Shown here: one piece after another, positions 1 through 9,242 of the stretch
How positions within the stretch are numbered: the first letter of the stretch is position 1
How the letters are laid out: every line of letters starts with the position of its first letter
NCBI GenBank assembly: GCA_965208125.1
Contig: OZ242320.1
Location: forward strand, 704,001 to 768,000
Direction of reading: 5' to 3'
Length of the DNA stretch: 64,000 nt
Source: Candidatus Latescibacterota bacterium
Lineage (GTDB): Bacteria > Latescibacterota > UBA2968
The notes under the pieces: generated by a model
The model's input: only the letters and a program-made list of their open reading frames with translations
What the model was told of the DNA's origin: nothing
Database searches by the model: none
Program-made: the position numbers and the translations under genes

Positions 1-821
1 TTGCGCGATCTCGCGTCGCAATATTTGTTTATAACATCCTCCTGAACACATACCCATTTTGCTGGCTACTCGGCAAATGGATGGACCTATCGGGATCGCG
101 AAAAAAAATCCAGGCATTTATACAAAAATACGACATTAACCTGAACGAAATCGAATTGCCCCTGGACCAATACAAAAATCTAAACGCCTTTTTCTCCCGC
201 AAACTCAGACCCGACGCACGCCCCTTTATCGCCGACCCCCGCATCTTCTGTTCACCCGCCGATGGAAAAGTACTCGCATATCCCAAACTGAATGCACAAA
301 CCCATTTACCCATCAAAGGGTCCCATGTCGATATTGTACACCTCCTATCATCAAAAGAATCCGCAATCCCTTACAGGAATGGTGCTGCGCTCGTCATCCG
401 ATTGGCCCCGGCAGACTACCACCGCTACCACTTTCCCGTTGCTGGCATCGCAACTGCATCTGCTAAAATCTCTGGACGCTATTATCTCGTCAACCCCATT
501 GCCCTCGACGTAAAACCCGACTTATTTGCCCACAACAAACGCGAAGTGACATACCTCGAAACCGAACACTTTGGCCGCATCATGATCATGGAAGTAGCGG
601 GCTGGGGCGTGGGTCGCATCGTCCAAACCTACCAGCCGGGCAATGTAGAGCGGGGACAGGAAAAGGGCTATTTTCAATTTGGAGGATCTACCCTGGTACT
701 CCTGTTCGAGCCTGGACGCATTGTCTTTGACAACGACCTGACCCGTGACACACAAACAGGCATCGAAGTCCAGGTCCTCACAGGATCACAACTCGGCGTA
801 CAGGCCATATCCAAAAATTAA
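1..821 (+). CDS. psd: Phosphatidylserine decarboxylase proenzyme (5' end runs off the window)
   Basis: Motifs FFSRKL, SPADG, RLAPADYHRYHFP and the self-cleavage motif FQFGGST. The frame is open from base 3 to the ATG at 81, so the true start is probably upstream of the window. Confidence 0.92.
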   Translation, partial: ARSRVAIFVYNILLNTYPFCWLLGKWMDLSGSRKKIQAFIQKYDINLNEIELPLDQYKNLNAFFSRKLRPDARPFIADPRIFCSPADGKVLAYPKLNAQTHLPIKGSHVDIVHLLSSKESAIPYRNGAALVIRLAPADYHRYHFPVAGIATASAKISGRYYLVNPIALDVKPDLFAHNKREVTYLETEHFGRIMIMEVAGWGVGRIVQTYQPGNVERGQEKGYFQFGGSTLVLLFEPGRIVFDNDLTRDTQTGIEVQVLTGSQLGVQAISKN

Positions 822-843
822 ACCATAAAACCAAGAATACACT

Positions 844-2202
844 ATGCCAACAATCAACCTCATCACCCTGGGCTGCCCCAAAAACACCGTCGATTCCGAG
901 CGCATGCACCACCTTCTCAAGCTCAACGGTTACCACCTCTCGGACGACGCTGAAGACGCCGACATCATCGTCGTCAACACCTGCGGATTCATCGAACCAG
1001 CCAAAGAAGAATCAATAGCAACAGTAATGGACGCCGCCGAATACAAAAAAAACGGACGCTGTCGCGGCGTCATCGTCACGGGCTGCCTGGCCGAGCGGTA
1101 CCGAACAGAATTGGAAACCGAACTCGTCGAAGCAGACATGATCGTAGGCCTTGCTGGCGAACGCGAAATCGTCGCACACTGTGATAGTCTCCTGGGCACA
1201 TCGCGCATACACACCATCCGAGATGCAGAGGCGCGCCATCTACTCACCCCAAAACACTGGGCGTACTTGCGAATCTCGGACGGATGCGACAGAACATGTG
1301 CATTTTGTGCCATCCCGAGCTTCCGCGGAAAAAACAAAAGTACAAACCTGGATCGCCTCATCGCCGAAGCCTATCGCATGGTCGGCAACGGCGTGCGCGA
1401 AATCGCCCTCATCGCCCAGGACACCATGCGATATGGCGCAGACCTGTACGGCAAACCCCGGCTGATGGACTTACTAAAAGAACTCATCCAAATCGAGAAA
1501 CTCGACTGGGTGCGGATGTTATACGCATATCCAACCGGTTGGCGCAATGAGCTAATCGACCTGTTGGCAACCGAAGAAAAATTGTGCGCCTACATCGACC
1601 TGCCCATCCAGCACGCATCAGACCCCATACTAAAAACCATGAACCGGGGCACCACAAAAGCGGGCATTCGAAAACTCATCCACACCTTGCGCGAACGCAT
1701 CCCAAACTTGACCATCCGATCGTCAATCATCACCGGATTTCCCGGCGAACGCGATGAACACTTTGCAGAACTCATGGACTTTGTCGATGAAATGCAATTC
1801 AACCGCCTCGTAGGATTCACCTATTCGCACGAAGAAGGCACGCAAGCGGGCACATTGGAAGACGATGTCCCCGAAGACATCAAACGCGAACGGTTGAACG
1901 ACCTCATGGCATTGCAGGCGCAAATATCGGGCGAATTAAACGCCGCACATGTGGGACGCACCTTCAAAGTACTCGTAGATGAGGTTTCAGACGACCCGGC
2001 ATATCACTACGTCGGCCGCACGCGAATGGACGCCCCGGAAATCGACGGCGCCGTATTCTTCACAGGTCCTGCAAATATCGGCGACTTCGTCGAAGTAGAA
2101 ATCACCGACGCAACCGAACACGATCTCATCGGACACGTCGTCAAAACCAATGCCCTATTGGAAATCGCGCCCATTAAAGCATCCGCAGATGGACGCAGAT
2201 AG
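844..2202 (+). CDS. rimO: Ribosomal protein S12 methylthiotransferase
   Basis: N-terminal LGCPKN and NTCGFI, radical-SAM CDRTCAFC, C-terminal TRAM region with DAPEIDG. Confidence 0.95.
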   Translation: MPTINLITLGCPKNTVDSERMHHLLKLNGYHLSDDAEDADIIVVNTCGFIEPAKEESIATVMDAAEYKKNGRCRGVIVTGCLAERYRTELETELVEADMIVGLAGEREIVAHCDSLLGTSRIHTIRDAEARHLLTPKHWAYLRISDGCDRTCAFCAIPSFRGKNKSTNLDRLIAEAYRMVGNGVREIALIAQDTMRYGADLYGKPRLMDLLKELIQIEKLDWVRMLYAYPTGWRNELIDLLATEEKLCAYIDLPIQHASDPILKTMNRGTTKAGIRKLIHTLRERIPNLTIRSSIITGFPGERDEHFAELMDFVDEMQFNRLVGFTYSHEEGTQAGTLEDDVPEDIKRERLNDLMALQAQISGELNAAHVGRTFKVLVDEVSDDPAYHYVGRTRMDAPEIDGAVFFTGPANIGDFVEVEITDATEHDLIGHVVKTNALLEIAPIKASADGRR

Positions 2203-2213
2203 ACACAGATAAA
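2181..2213 (+). repeat. 10-bp-period (rGrCrCAGAT)x3 REP-like repeat, copy 1
   Basis: atccgcagat-ggacgcagat-agacacagat-aaa; 29/33 identical to the reverse complement of 60418-60450. Confidence 0.7.
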
Positions 2214-2243
2214 AGGAGAAAAGCACCTTCAGGAGATAGAACG

Positions 2244-3455
2244 ATGTTCGACAGCAGAGAACAGATTATAGACCAACTTCGCGCTGGGGAAGATGGGTAC
2301 GCCGAGTTCAAGGAAGTGCGCTTTGGGGCACATGGCGTAATCTCACCCAATACCGAAGATATGGCCGCAGAGTTGGTTGCATTGGCAAATGCGGCAGGTG
2401 GTGTAATATTCCTTGGTATCGACGATTCGGGCACCGTGCGTGGGATACCAACGGCGCGTATTAATGCTGTCGAACAGTGGGTTATTAATATCGCAACGCA
2501 CAACTGCGACCCGCCGATTCGGCCGATCTTGCGCAAGGTATTGCTTCCTGATGTGGACGGAGGCGATCAAAGCGTACTTCTGGCCGAAGTTCCGCGCGGA
2601 CTCTACGTCCACCGGACATCGGGCGGGCGTTATTATATGCGGATCGGCTCCACAAAACGCGACCTCACACCATCGGAACTCGCACGGCTATTCCAGCAGC
2701 GGGGTCGCGAGTACGTATTTGACGAGCAGCCTGTGCTCACCGCCACAGTTGACGACCTCAGCCGCAATCGGCTCGAAGCGTTTTTCGGACGCTCGCCAAC
2801 GATTCCCTATCTCGACTTGCTACGCAACACCCGGGTGATCTTCCAGGATGAGAACGGCGTAGATCATCCGACCATAGCTGGCCTGCTTGTCTTTGCCAAT
2901 GAACCGACCGAATTCCTCCCCTCCGGGTCCATTGAGGCCGCGTGCTATGAGGGAACCCAACTATCGTCCGATGAGTTGGTGCATGCCGAACGCCTCGCTG
3001 GCCCCGTATCCGACCAAATCGACGCCGGAATCGCTTTCGTCGCCAGCCATCGCCCGCACCGCGGTGCTGACACGCCGTACGACCTCGATGTTGTTGACGA
3101 AGCTATTGTCAATGCTGTCGCCCACCGCGACTACGCCATTGCCGGCTCGAAAATCCGCCTATTTCTGTTCGCCGACCGGCTGGAACTATACAGCCCGGGC
3201 AAGTTGCCCAACACCATCACGCTCGACGACATGCCTTACCGCACATTCACGCGCAACCAATTGTTGGTCAATTTCCTATCGCGGATCCGCAGCAAGCGCA
3301 CCGGACAGGTATTCCTCGAATCTCGCGGCGAAGGCGTGCGGAAAATCCTGGAAGATGGCGAAGCGCACTCGGGCCGTCGTCCAGAGTACGAACTATTCGG
3401 CGACGAACTTCGACTGACACTGTGGGCGAAGGAAGGATTGACCGCTAATCGCTAA
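2244..3455 (+). CDS. AlbA_2/Schlafen-like DNA-binding domain plus HATPase_c_4 (RecG C-terminal-like) protein
   Basis: Motifs GEDGYAEFK, ALANAAGGVIFLGIDD, EAIVNAVAHRDY, ELYSPG and ESRGEG. Confidence 0.85.
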   Translation: MFDSREQIIDQLRAGEDGYAEFKEVRFGAHGVISPNTEDMAAELVALANAAGGVIFLGIDDSGTVRGIPTARINAVEQWVINIATHNCDPPIRPILRKVLLPDVDGGDQSVLLAEVPRGLYVHRTSGGRYYMRIGSTKRDLTPSELARLFQQRGREYVFDEQPVLTATVDDLSRNRLEAFFGRSPTIPYLDLLRNTRVIFQDENGVDHPTIAGLLVFANEPTEFLPSGSIEAACYEGTQLSSDELVHAERLAGPVSDQIDAGIAFVASHRPHRGADTPYDLDVVDEAIVNAVAHRDYAIAGSKIRLFLFADRLELYSPGKLPNTITLDDMPYRTFTRNQLLVNFLSRIRSKRTGQVFLESRGEGVRKILEDGEAHSGRRPEYELFGDELRLTLWAKEGLTANR

Positions 3456-3466
3456 CAGGAGAAATC

Positions 3467-3931
3467 ATGACCATCATCGCTGCAATGGACAAAAACCGCG
3501 TCATTGGCCGGGACAACAAAATGCCCTGGTACATCTCTGAAGAATCCAGGCACTTTCGGCGCACCACCACTGGACACGTCCTCCTCGTAGGGCGCAAGAC
3601 CTATGAATCTTGGGGTGGCAAACCCCTGCCGGACCGCCTGCATGTAATCGTGAGCCGAACCATGCCCGACACAAAAGGCATAGATGTATGCAGATCGCTC
3701 GAAGAAGCCATCGAAAAAGCCAGGTCCTATGGCCGCGAAGTATTCATCTGTGGAGGCGGCGAAATTTATCGCGCCACACTATCAAAAGCCGACCGGATGA
3801 TCCTATCGTATATCGACGCAGAATACGCAGGCGATGAATACTTCCCCAAATTTGACGAAGATGAATGGATCATCTCAAAAAAAGAGACACACGATCAATT
3901 CACAGTTGTATATTATGAACGCAAGAGTTAG
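3467..3931 (+). CDS. folA: Dihydrofolate reductase
   Basis: Motifs IG..NKMPW, VGRKTYES, PLPDR, GGGEIY and GDEYFP; adjacent to thyA. Confidence 0.93.
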   Translation: MTIIAAMDKNRVIGRDNKMPWYISEESRHFRRTTTGHVLLVGRKTYESWGGKPLPDRLHVIVSRTMPDTKGIDVCRSLEEAIEKARSYGREVFICGGGEIYRATLSKADRMILSYIDAEYAGDEYFPKFDEDEWIISKKETHDQFTVVYYERKS

Positions 3932-3999
3932 ATAGGCTACGCTTCTCGCCTTTATGCTCCCCCATCAAATATTGACATGTGAAGAGGGGGTATTTCTGT

Positions 4000-4839
4000 A
4001 TGCACACATATCTCGACCAACTACAACACGTCCTGGACCACGGCGTAAAAAAGGGCGACCGCACGGGTGTGGGCACAATCTCGTGTTTTGGCCTGCATGC
4101 GCGCTATGCAATGGCAGACGGATTTCCCGCAGTAACCACCAAGCGACTGGTGTGGAAATCGATGCTATCGGAACTCCTGTGGTTTATATCCGGATCCGAC
4201 AACATCTATGACTTAAAAACCTATTTGAAAAGCAATCGGCTATGGGATGGCAATTATGAGGACTATTTGAACCGCCTGGGGATAGACAAAAACGACGGCA
4301 GCATGGGACGTATTTACGGTGTACAGTGGCGGCGATGGAAAGGCGCCAACGGAAAAGTGGTCGATCAACTTCAAAATGCGATTGAATTGATCCGAGAAAA
4401 CCCCGAATCCCGGCGCATCATGGTCGATGCCTGGAACGCAGCCGAAACAGGCACTCGAGACGTGGCCCTGCCCCCGTGTCACAACTTCTTCCAATTTTAC
4501 GTCGCAGAAGGCAAACTATCCTTACAAATGTATCAACGATCCTGCGATATGTTCTTAGGCGTACCACTCAACATCGCGTCCTATTCCGTATTATTGCACA
4601 TGGTCGCAAAAATTACGGGCCTCGTACCCCATGAATTTATCCACGTCCTGGGCGACGCGCACATCTACTTAAACCATCTCGACGCAGTAAAAGAACAACT
4701 ATCTCGCAAGCCATATCCCCTGCCTAAATTGCGGATAAAAAACCGCGGACAAACTGAAATCGACCATTTTGAAATGGTCGATTTTGAACTCATCAATTAT
4801 CAGCACCACGACACTATACGCGCGGAAATGGCGGTTTGA
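4000..4839 (+). CDS. thyA: Thymidylate synthase
   Basis: Motifs DRTGVGT, ELLWF, LPPCH, YQRSCD and GDAHIY. Start moved to ATG 4000, which follows a GAGGGG SD. Confidence 0.96.
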   Translation: MHTYLDQLQHVLDHGVKKGDRTGVGTISCFGLHARYAMADGFPAVTTKRLVWKSMLSELLWFISGSDNIYDLKTYLKSNRLWDGNYEDYLNRLGIDKNDGSMGRIYGVQWRRWKGANGKVVDQLQNAIELIRENPESRRIMVDAWNAAETGTRDVALPPCHNFFQFYVAEGKLSLQMYQRSCDMFLGVPLNIASYSVLLHMVAKITGLVPHEFIHVLGDAHIYLNHLDAVKEQLSRKPYPLPKLRIKNRGQTEIDHFEMVDFELINYQHHDTIRAEMAV

Positions 4840-4861
4840 AAGCAGGTAAAACGACCACCCA

Positions 4862-4999
4862 TCATTCTCTTTTATCGCGTATTGCGCGGATCATCTGCCA
4901 CAAGATACATCCAATGCCGACCAAAATAAAAACGGACGTGAGAATCAGGAAAATCTGGAATCCTAAAGGCAGGTTTTCAAATGGAATGATCGGATACAT
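4862..4999 (-). CDS. Small single-pass membrane protein, 45 aa (below the ORF-track cutoff)
   Basis: Manual translation: MYPIIPFENLPLGFQIFLILTSVFILVGIGCILWQMIRAIRDKRE*. One hydrophobic helix followed by a basic tail; fills the intergenic gap. Confidence 0.55.
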   Translation of the reverse strand: MYPIIPFENLPLGFQIFLILTSVFILVGIGCILWQMIRAIRDKRE

Positions 5000-5059
5000 A
5001 ATGGGTAAACCAGTTATTATCACTTTTGCCGAGTGTCGTCTAAATAGGACGCGAATATC

Positions 5060-5773
5060 GTGAACACATTACTCTTAATCTGTGCTGAAAGTAAAGTACA
5101 AGTTTCTCGCCAATTTATCAACACGGCAACCGACGTCAAAATCGCCGATCAGGTAGTAGCCACTTCTTTTGATAAATTGGAAGAAAGCGTGCGTACCGCT
5201 GAAGGAATCGATCAAATTCTCATCTTCCCCGCACTGATCGCCCTGCCCGATGCAATGCGCGAAAACCTGTTACAACGCATCGCATCTCTCCAAAATGAAA
5301 ATCCACAAACACGCATCCTCCTCACCAACCCATTGGGCGGCGACCCCCGCTTATTCGACATGATCCAGGACCGCATGGCAGCCGCGCTGAAAAGCACGCA
5401 AAACACACCCATATTGACAATAGAAACACCGAATACCTCTCGAACCCTCGACTTTGAAAATTTCGCCACACTACCAAACCAGATTGCAGATATAAGTACG
5501 CTCATCCCCGACCGCCAGGGACAGGGCGTTTGGGTACGCGAAGTATTGGACGAAACAGTCAATGCCGACGCAATCTTTTACGCAGACGCCGACCGTTTTT
5601 CCGCCACCGTCGATCTCGCCCTCGTTCGGGAACAAGGATTATTAATCTACGGACTGGAAGGACAACCCCTGCCTGCCAGCTATGGCGGACCCCTACGACT
5701 GATCATACCCGGACACGACGACCGCTGTGCAAATGTAAAAGGCGTAGCGCGAGTCGAAATCGTATTGAGATAA
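5060..5773 (+). CDS. CbiX-like N-terminal domain fused to a molybdopterin-oxidoreductase (Oxidored_molyb)-like domain
   Basis: TNPLGGDPRLFDMIQDR resembles the C-terminal motif of CbiX. GQPLPASYGGPLRLIIPG...NVKGV is typical of the sulfite-oxidase-family Moco domain. Confidence 0.6.
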   Translation: MNTLLLICAESKVQVSRQFINTATDVKIADQVVATSFDKLEESVRTAEGIDQILIFPALIALPDAMRENLLQRIASLQNENPQTRILLTNPLGGDPRLFDMIQDRMAAALKSTQNTPILTIETPNTSRTLDFENFATLPNQIADISTLIPDRQGQGVWVREVLDETVNADAIFYADADRFSATVDLALVREQGLLIYGLEGQPLPASYGGPLRLIIPGHDDRCANVKGVARVEIVLR

Positions 5774-5831
5774 AAGAGTTGCACAAAAGTTAAAAACCAG
5801 AAAACTTCAACACCTGAAAGGCATAACATAT

Positions 5832-6623
5832 ATGAATAGGTTAAATTTTGGCGTCGTGGTCAAAAAATGGCGGTTTAAGGTATTGAGAAACTGCGTTCTA
5901 CTTATGATGACAGTCATAACATTGGGACAAGCAGACGCGGGATTGCTACCAGAAACCCCTACGCCTCAAGGTGGCGACATCGTCGGCTCCTGGATAGCCG
6001 AGAAGATCGAGCTGAACGCTTATGTCCCGGCCGCACTCGTGCAGATTGTATCTCCTGTTACCGTTGAAGGCGAGATCAACGGCACACTGATTTTTGATTC
6101 AGACGGCAGTGTTCAAGCGAACTACACAATAGAGGCCAATGTCTCTGCGGTATTATTTGCTCCGATTTCGGTGCCTGTACACGATATGAGCCAATACACA
6201 GGCAATTACATGGTCATGTCCGATACCCATGCACTCACCATAACGCGCGAAAATGAGGACCCACTCAATTATACGTACACAGCTACGGAGGATTTACTGC
6301 ATATTATACGCCCGCTTCTTTTAGAAGAATTATTGGCGTCAGTACCCGAAACTTTAAGACCCGCGGTTATAAGCGCACTTTCTCAGTACGTACCACCAGA
6401 TGATCCTATCAAGATCGTGATCTCTTTTGCGAAAGTTCCTGCCGACTTTGATGGCGATGGACAGGTCGGAATCCCAGACTTTTTGCTTTTTGTTAAAGTG
6501 TTTGGAACCCAAAGCGGACAGGAAAACTTCGATCCAAAATTTGACCTCGACAGCGATGGAACCATTGGCATTTCCGACTTCCTCATCTTTATGGATTCTT
6601 TTGGCAAAACGGTCAATGGATAG
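5832..6623 (+). CDS. Secreted protein with C-terminal double EF-hand/dockerin-like module
   Basis: Signal-peptide-like stretch; repeats DFDGDGQVGIPDFLLF and DLDSDGTIGISDFLIF. Start uncertain. Confidence 0.75.
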   Translation: MNRLNFGVVVKKWRFKVLRNCVLLMMTVITLGQADAGLLPETPTPQGGDIVGSWIAEKIELNAYVPAALVQIVSPVTVEGEINGTLIFDSDGSVQANYTIEANVSAVLFAPISVPVHDMSQYTGNYMVMSDTHALTITRENEDPLNYTYTATEDLLHIIRPLLLEELLASVPETLRPAVISALSQYVPPDDPIKIVISFAKVPADFDGDGQVGIPDFLLFVKVFGTQSGQENFDPKFDLDSDGTIGISDFLIFMDSFGKTVNG

Positions 6624-6683
6624 TTATATTTCAATCAACACCAACGCCCGTCACGCACACCATTTTTTAGGAAAAAACACACC

Positions 6684-7574
6684 ATGCCATTGACACAAGA
6701 TCAGATCAATCAATATCGCGATCGGGGAGTCTTGATTGCGGAAAATGTATTGGATGACGCGGCCTTTGAACCGATTGAACACGCGTATGACGTATTGATC
6801 AATCAAAAGGCGCAAGAGCTATTGGAAGAAGGGGCGATCTCATCCGTACATGCAGACAAATCATTTAGCCATCGCCTGGCTGCAATAGCCCAGGAATTAG
6901 ACGACGAGGGATATGACGCGCTGCGCAGTTTTGCGGGTGGATTCGACATCATGCGCGCGCGCGTCAAACCGATGTTCGACATCTTCTTCAATCAACAATT
7001 ATTATCCGCAGTCGAAAGCCTCATAGGACCAGAAATAACCCTGAGCCCCATTCAGCATTTCCGCCCCTACTTACCCGCGCGAGAAACACAACCCGGACAG
7101 GTACCCTGGCATCAGGACCAGGGCGTAACAAAAGAAGAAGCAGACATCTCGGAAATCATAACCTGCTGGATACCACTCGTAGATGTCACCCCAGAACGCG
7201 GGTGCTTGCAGGTACTGCCCGGCGTGGTACCCATGGGACTGCTCGAACACCAGCGCGAAGGCGGCACCATGATCAAACCCATGTACATGCCAGAAATCGA
7301 ACCTGTAAACTGCATCATGAAACGCGGCGACGTACTCATGATGAGTGCGTACACCCCGCACAGAGGACAACCAAACCACTCCAATCTGGTGCGCTGGAGC
7401 ATGGACCTGCGATTTCAAAAAACCGGTACACCCACGGGACGTCCATTCTGGCCCGAATTTATCGTCCAGAGCAAAGAAAATCCCGCATCTGTACAAAACA
7501 GCTTTGACGAATGGTGTACGCGGTGGATAACGGACATGCGGGAGAGCAAGGGAACCCATCTGCATCGGGTATGA
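6684..7574 (+). CDS. PhyH-family Fe(II)/2-oxoglutarate dioxygenase
   Basis: WHQD, CWIPL, GCLQVLPG, distal His in TPHRG, and RWSMDLR. Confidence 0.88.
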   Translation: MPLTQDQINQYRDRGVLIAENVLDDAAFEPIEHAYDVLINQKAQELLEEGAISSVHADKSFSHRLAAIAQELDDEGYDALRSFAGGFDIMRARVKPMFDIFFNQQLLSAVESLIGPEITLSPIQHFRPYLPARETQPGQVPWHQDQGVTKEEADISEIITCWIPLVDVTPERGCLQVLPGVVPMGLLEHQREGGTMIKPMYMPEIEPVNCIMKRGDVLMMSAYTPHRGQPNHSNLVRWSMDLRFQKTGTPTGRPFWPEFIVQSKENPASVQNSFDEWCTRWITDMRESKGTHLHRV

Positions 7575-7583
7575 CGCAACCCC

Positions 7584-8387
7584 TTATTCAAACGGAATAT
7601 CATCCGCATTAAAAACCTGCGTGCGTTTCATCATGCGGCGTTCCGATGGGGGAAAGGGTTCGCGGCGATGCATCGTAGGGCGGTTATCCCACATCACAAG
7701 ATCGCCAACCTGCCAGACGTGGGTCCATAAAAATTCGGGACGGGCCGCGTGCTCAAAAAGCATCTTGAGAAGCGCGTCGCTCTCATCGGCGGGCATATCG
7801 AGAATATATTTGGTCAGATGGGGACCGGCATAAAGCGACTTGCGCCCGGTTTCTGGATGGGTGCGCACGACCGGATGGTCAACGCGCTCGGGTGGATTTT
7901 GTTCCTCAACATAATGGCGATGCACGGCTCGCAATCCCGTGAGCCGTTTTTTCATATCTTCATCTAACGCTTCATACGCGGCATAACAATTGCACCACTG
8001 GGTATTGCCCCCAGTACTGGGAATCTCAAGCGCATAGAGAACAGAAATAGTACCAGGCCTCTTGAGATATGACAAATCGGAGTGAAAGCTAACCTCCCCA
8101 TCGCCCAGAGCACCGATAGGCTGGCCGTTCTCCTCGATATTGGAAACAATAAAAATCTCTTTGTGTTCGCGGTCGAGCTGTTTGCGAACGTGTTCGACTG
8201 CACGGCCAAAATAATTGGTAAAACGAATCTGATCTTCCTCGCTTAAATCCTGATCGCGAAAATACACCACACAGTAATCGAGCAATGCCTGACGAATGGC
8301 CCGGACGGTATCATATTCGAGTGCCTGCGAAAGATCAAGCCCCCGAATTTCAGCGCCCAGTGCGCCGCCAGAAGGTATAACTTGCAT
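7584..8387 (-). CDS. TauD/TfdA-family dioxygenase
   Basis: LGAEIRGLDL, FHSD, HPVVRTHPETGRK and WDNRPTMH. Start taken as ATG 8387. Confidence 0.92.
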   Translation of the reverse strand: MQVIPSGGALGAEIRGLDLSQALEYDTVRAIRQALLDYCVVYFRDQDLSEEDQIRFTNYFGRAVEHVRKQLDREHKEIFIVSNIEENGQPIGALGDGEVSFHSDLSYLKRPGTISVLYALEIPSTGGNTQWCNCYAAYEALDEDMKKRLTGLRAVHRHYVEEQNPPERVDHPVVRTHPETGRKSLYAGPHLTKYILDMPADESDALLKMLFEHAARPEFLWTHVWQVGDLVMWDNRPTMHRREPFPPSERRMMKRTQVFNADDIPFE

Positions 8388-8400
8388 AGTTCGTACCACC

Positions 8401-9231
8401 TCACCTATCGGGCCATTTATACGCGACCTTTGCATTCTTCCAAAAATACTTCTCCAGCACCGCATCACCCTTTTGAGAAAAATAATCATACACAAGGCGT
8501 TGCGCCTCGGCAGGCGTGCGCTTGCTGCGTTCGAGAACCGGCCAATCACTGCCGTAAATCACGCGATCTTCACCAAAAAGCTGCCAGAGCGCGTCGAGCA
8601 AATAGACATAAAAATCGGGATCTGTGGGCGCTGGAATAACCTGACAGCGCAAATCCATTAGACCCGACACCTTGCAAAAAATATTGGGCTGTTCCGCGGC
8701 TTTTTGCATAAGCTCCAAATGCTCGGGCGCGATGGGATTGCCATCTGCCGGAATATTGCCGCAGTGATTGATCACAATGCGAAGATCGGGCAATCGACGC
8801 GCGATTTCGATAACCGCCTCATTGATCCCCGAATCGAGTTCGAGATCGTGTTCGACGAGCTTTTCAAAAGCACCCGCCATCTCGCCCAAATCTTCTCGCT
8901 CCCAGGGATGGGTACGCGGGCGAATACCCAAAAAGAGTGGATTGGGAGATAGGCGGTTGAGATGATCGCCAAAATCCTCAGCGCGCGGATCGAGATTGCC
9001 AACCAGCCCCACGATAAACGGATCATCCTCGATCACATCGAGCACCCATTGGTTGTCTTCAACCCATGTACTCGCCTCGACAATAATAGCCCCCGTAACA
9101 CCTTCAGACGCGACCAGTGCTCTGTAGTCTTCGGGCATAACGCGGCGATAAATCTCGTCATCGGGTTCGGGAAAGGGCACCCCCTCTGGACGAGTGGGAT
9201 CGTAAATATGGATATGCGTATCGATAATCAT
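8401..9231 (-). CDS. Amidohydrolase_2 family protein
   Basis: IIDTHIH, VINHCG, CKVSG and YGSDWP. Confidence 0.88.
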   Translation of the reverse strand: MIIDTHIHIYDPTRPEGVPFPEPDDEIYRRVMPEDYRALVASEGVTGAIIVEASTWVEDNQWVLDVIEDDPFIVGLVGNLDPRAEDFGDHLNRLSPNPLFLGIRPRTHPWEREDLGEMAGAFEKLVEHDLELDSGINEAVIEIARRLPDLRIVINHCGNIPADGNPIAPEHLELMQKAAEQPNIFCKVSGLMDLRCQVIPAPTDPDFYVYLLDALWQLFGEDRVIYGSDWPVLERSKRTPAEAQRLVYDYFSQKGDAVLEKYFWKNAKVAYKWPDR

Positions 9232-9242
9232 TCATGACTCCT

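Noticed and set aside
4836-5063. 75-aa plus-strand ORF bridging thyA and the CbiX-like gene
   Set aside because: TTG start and no motif. The opposite-strand 45-aa membrane ORF is more protein-like.
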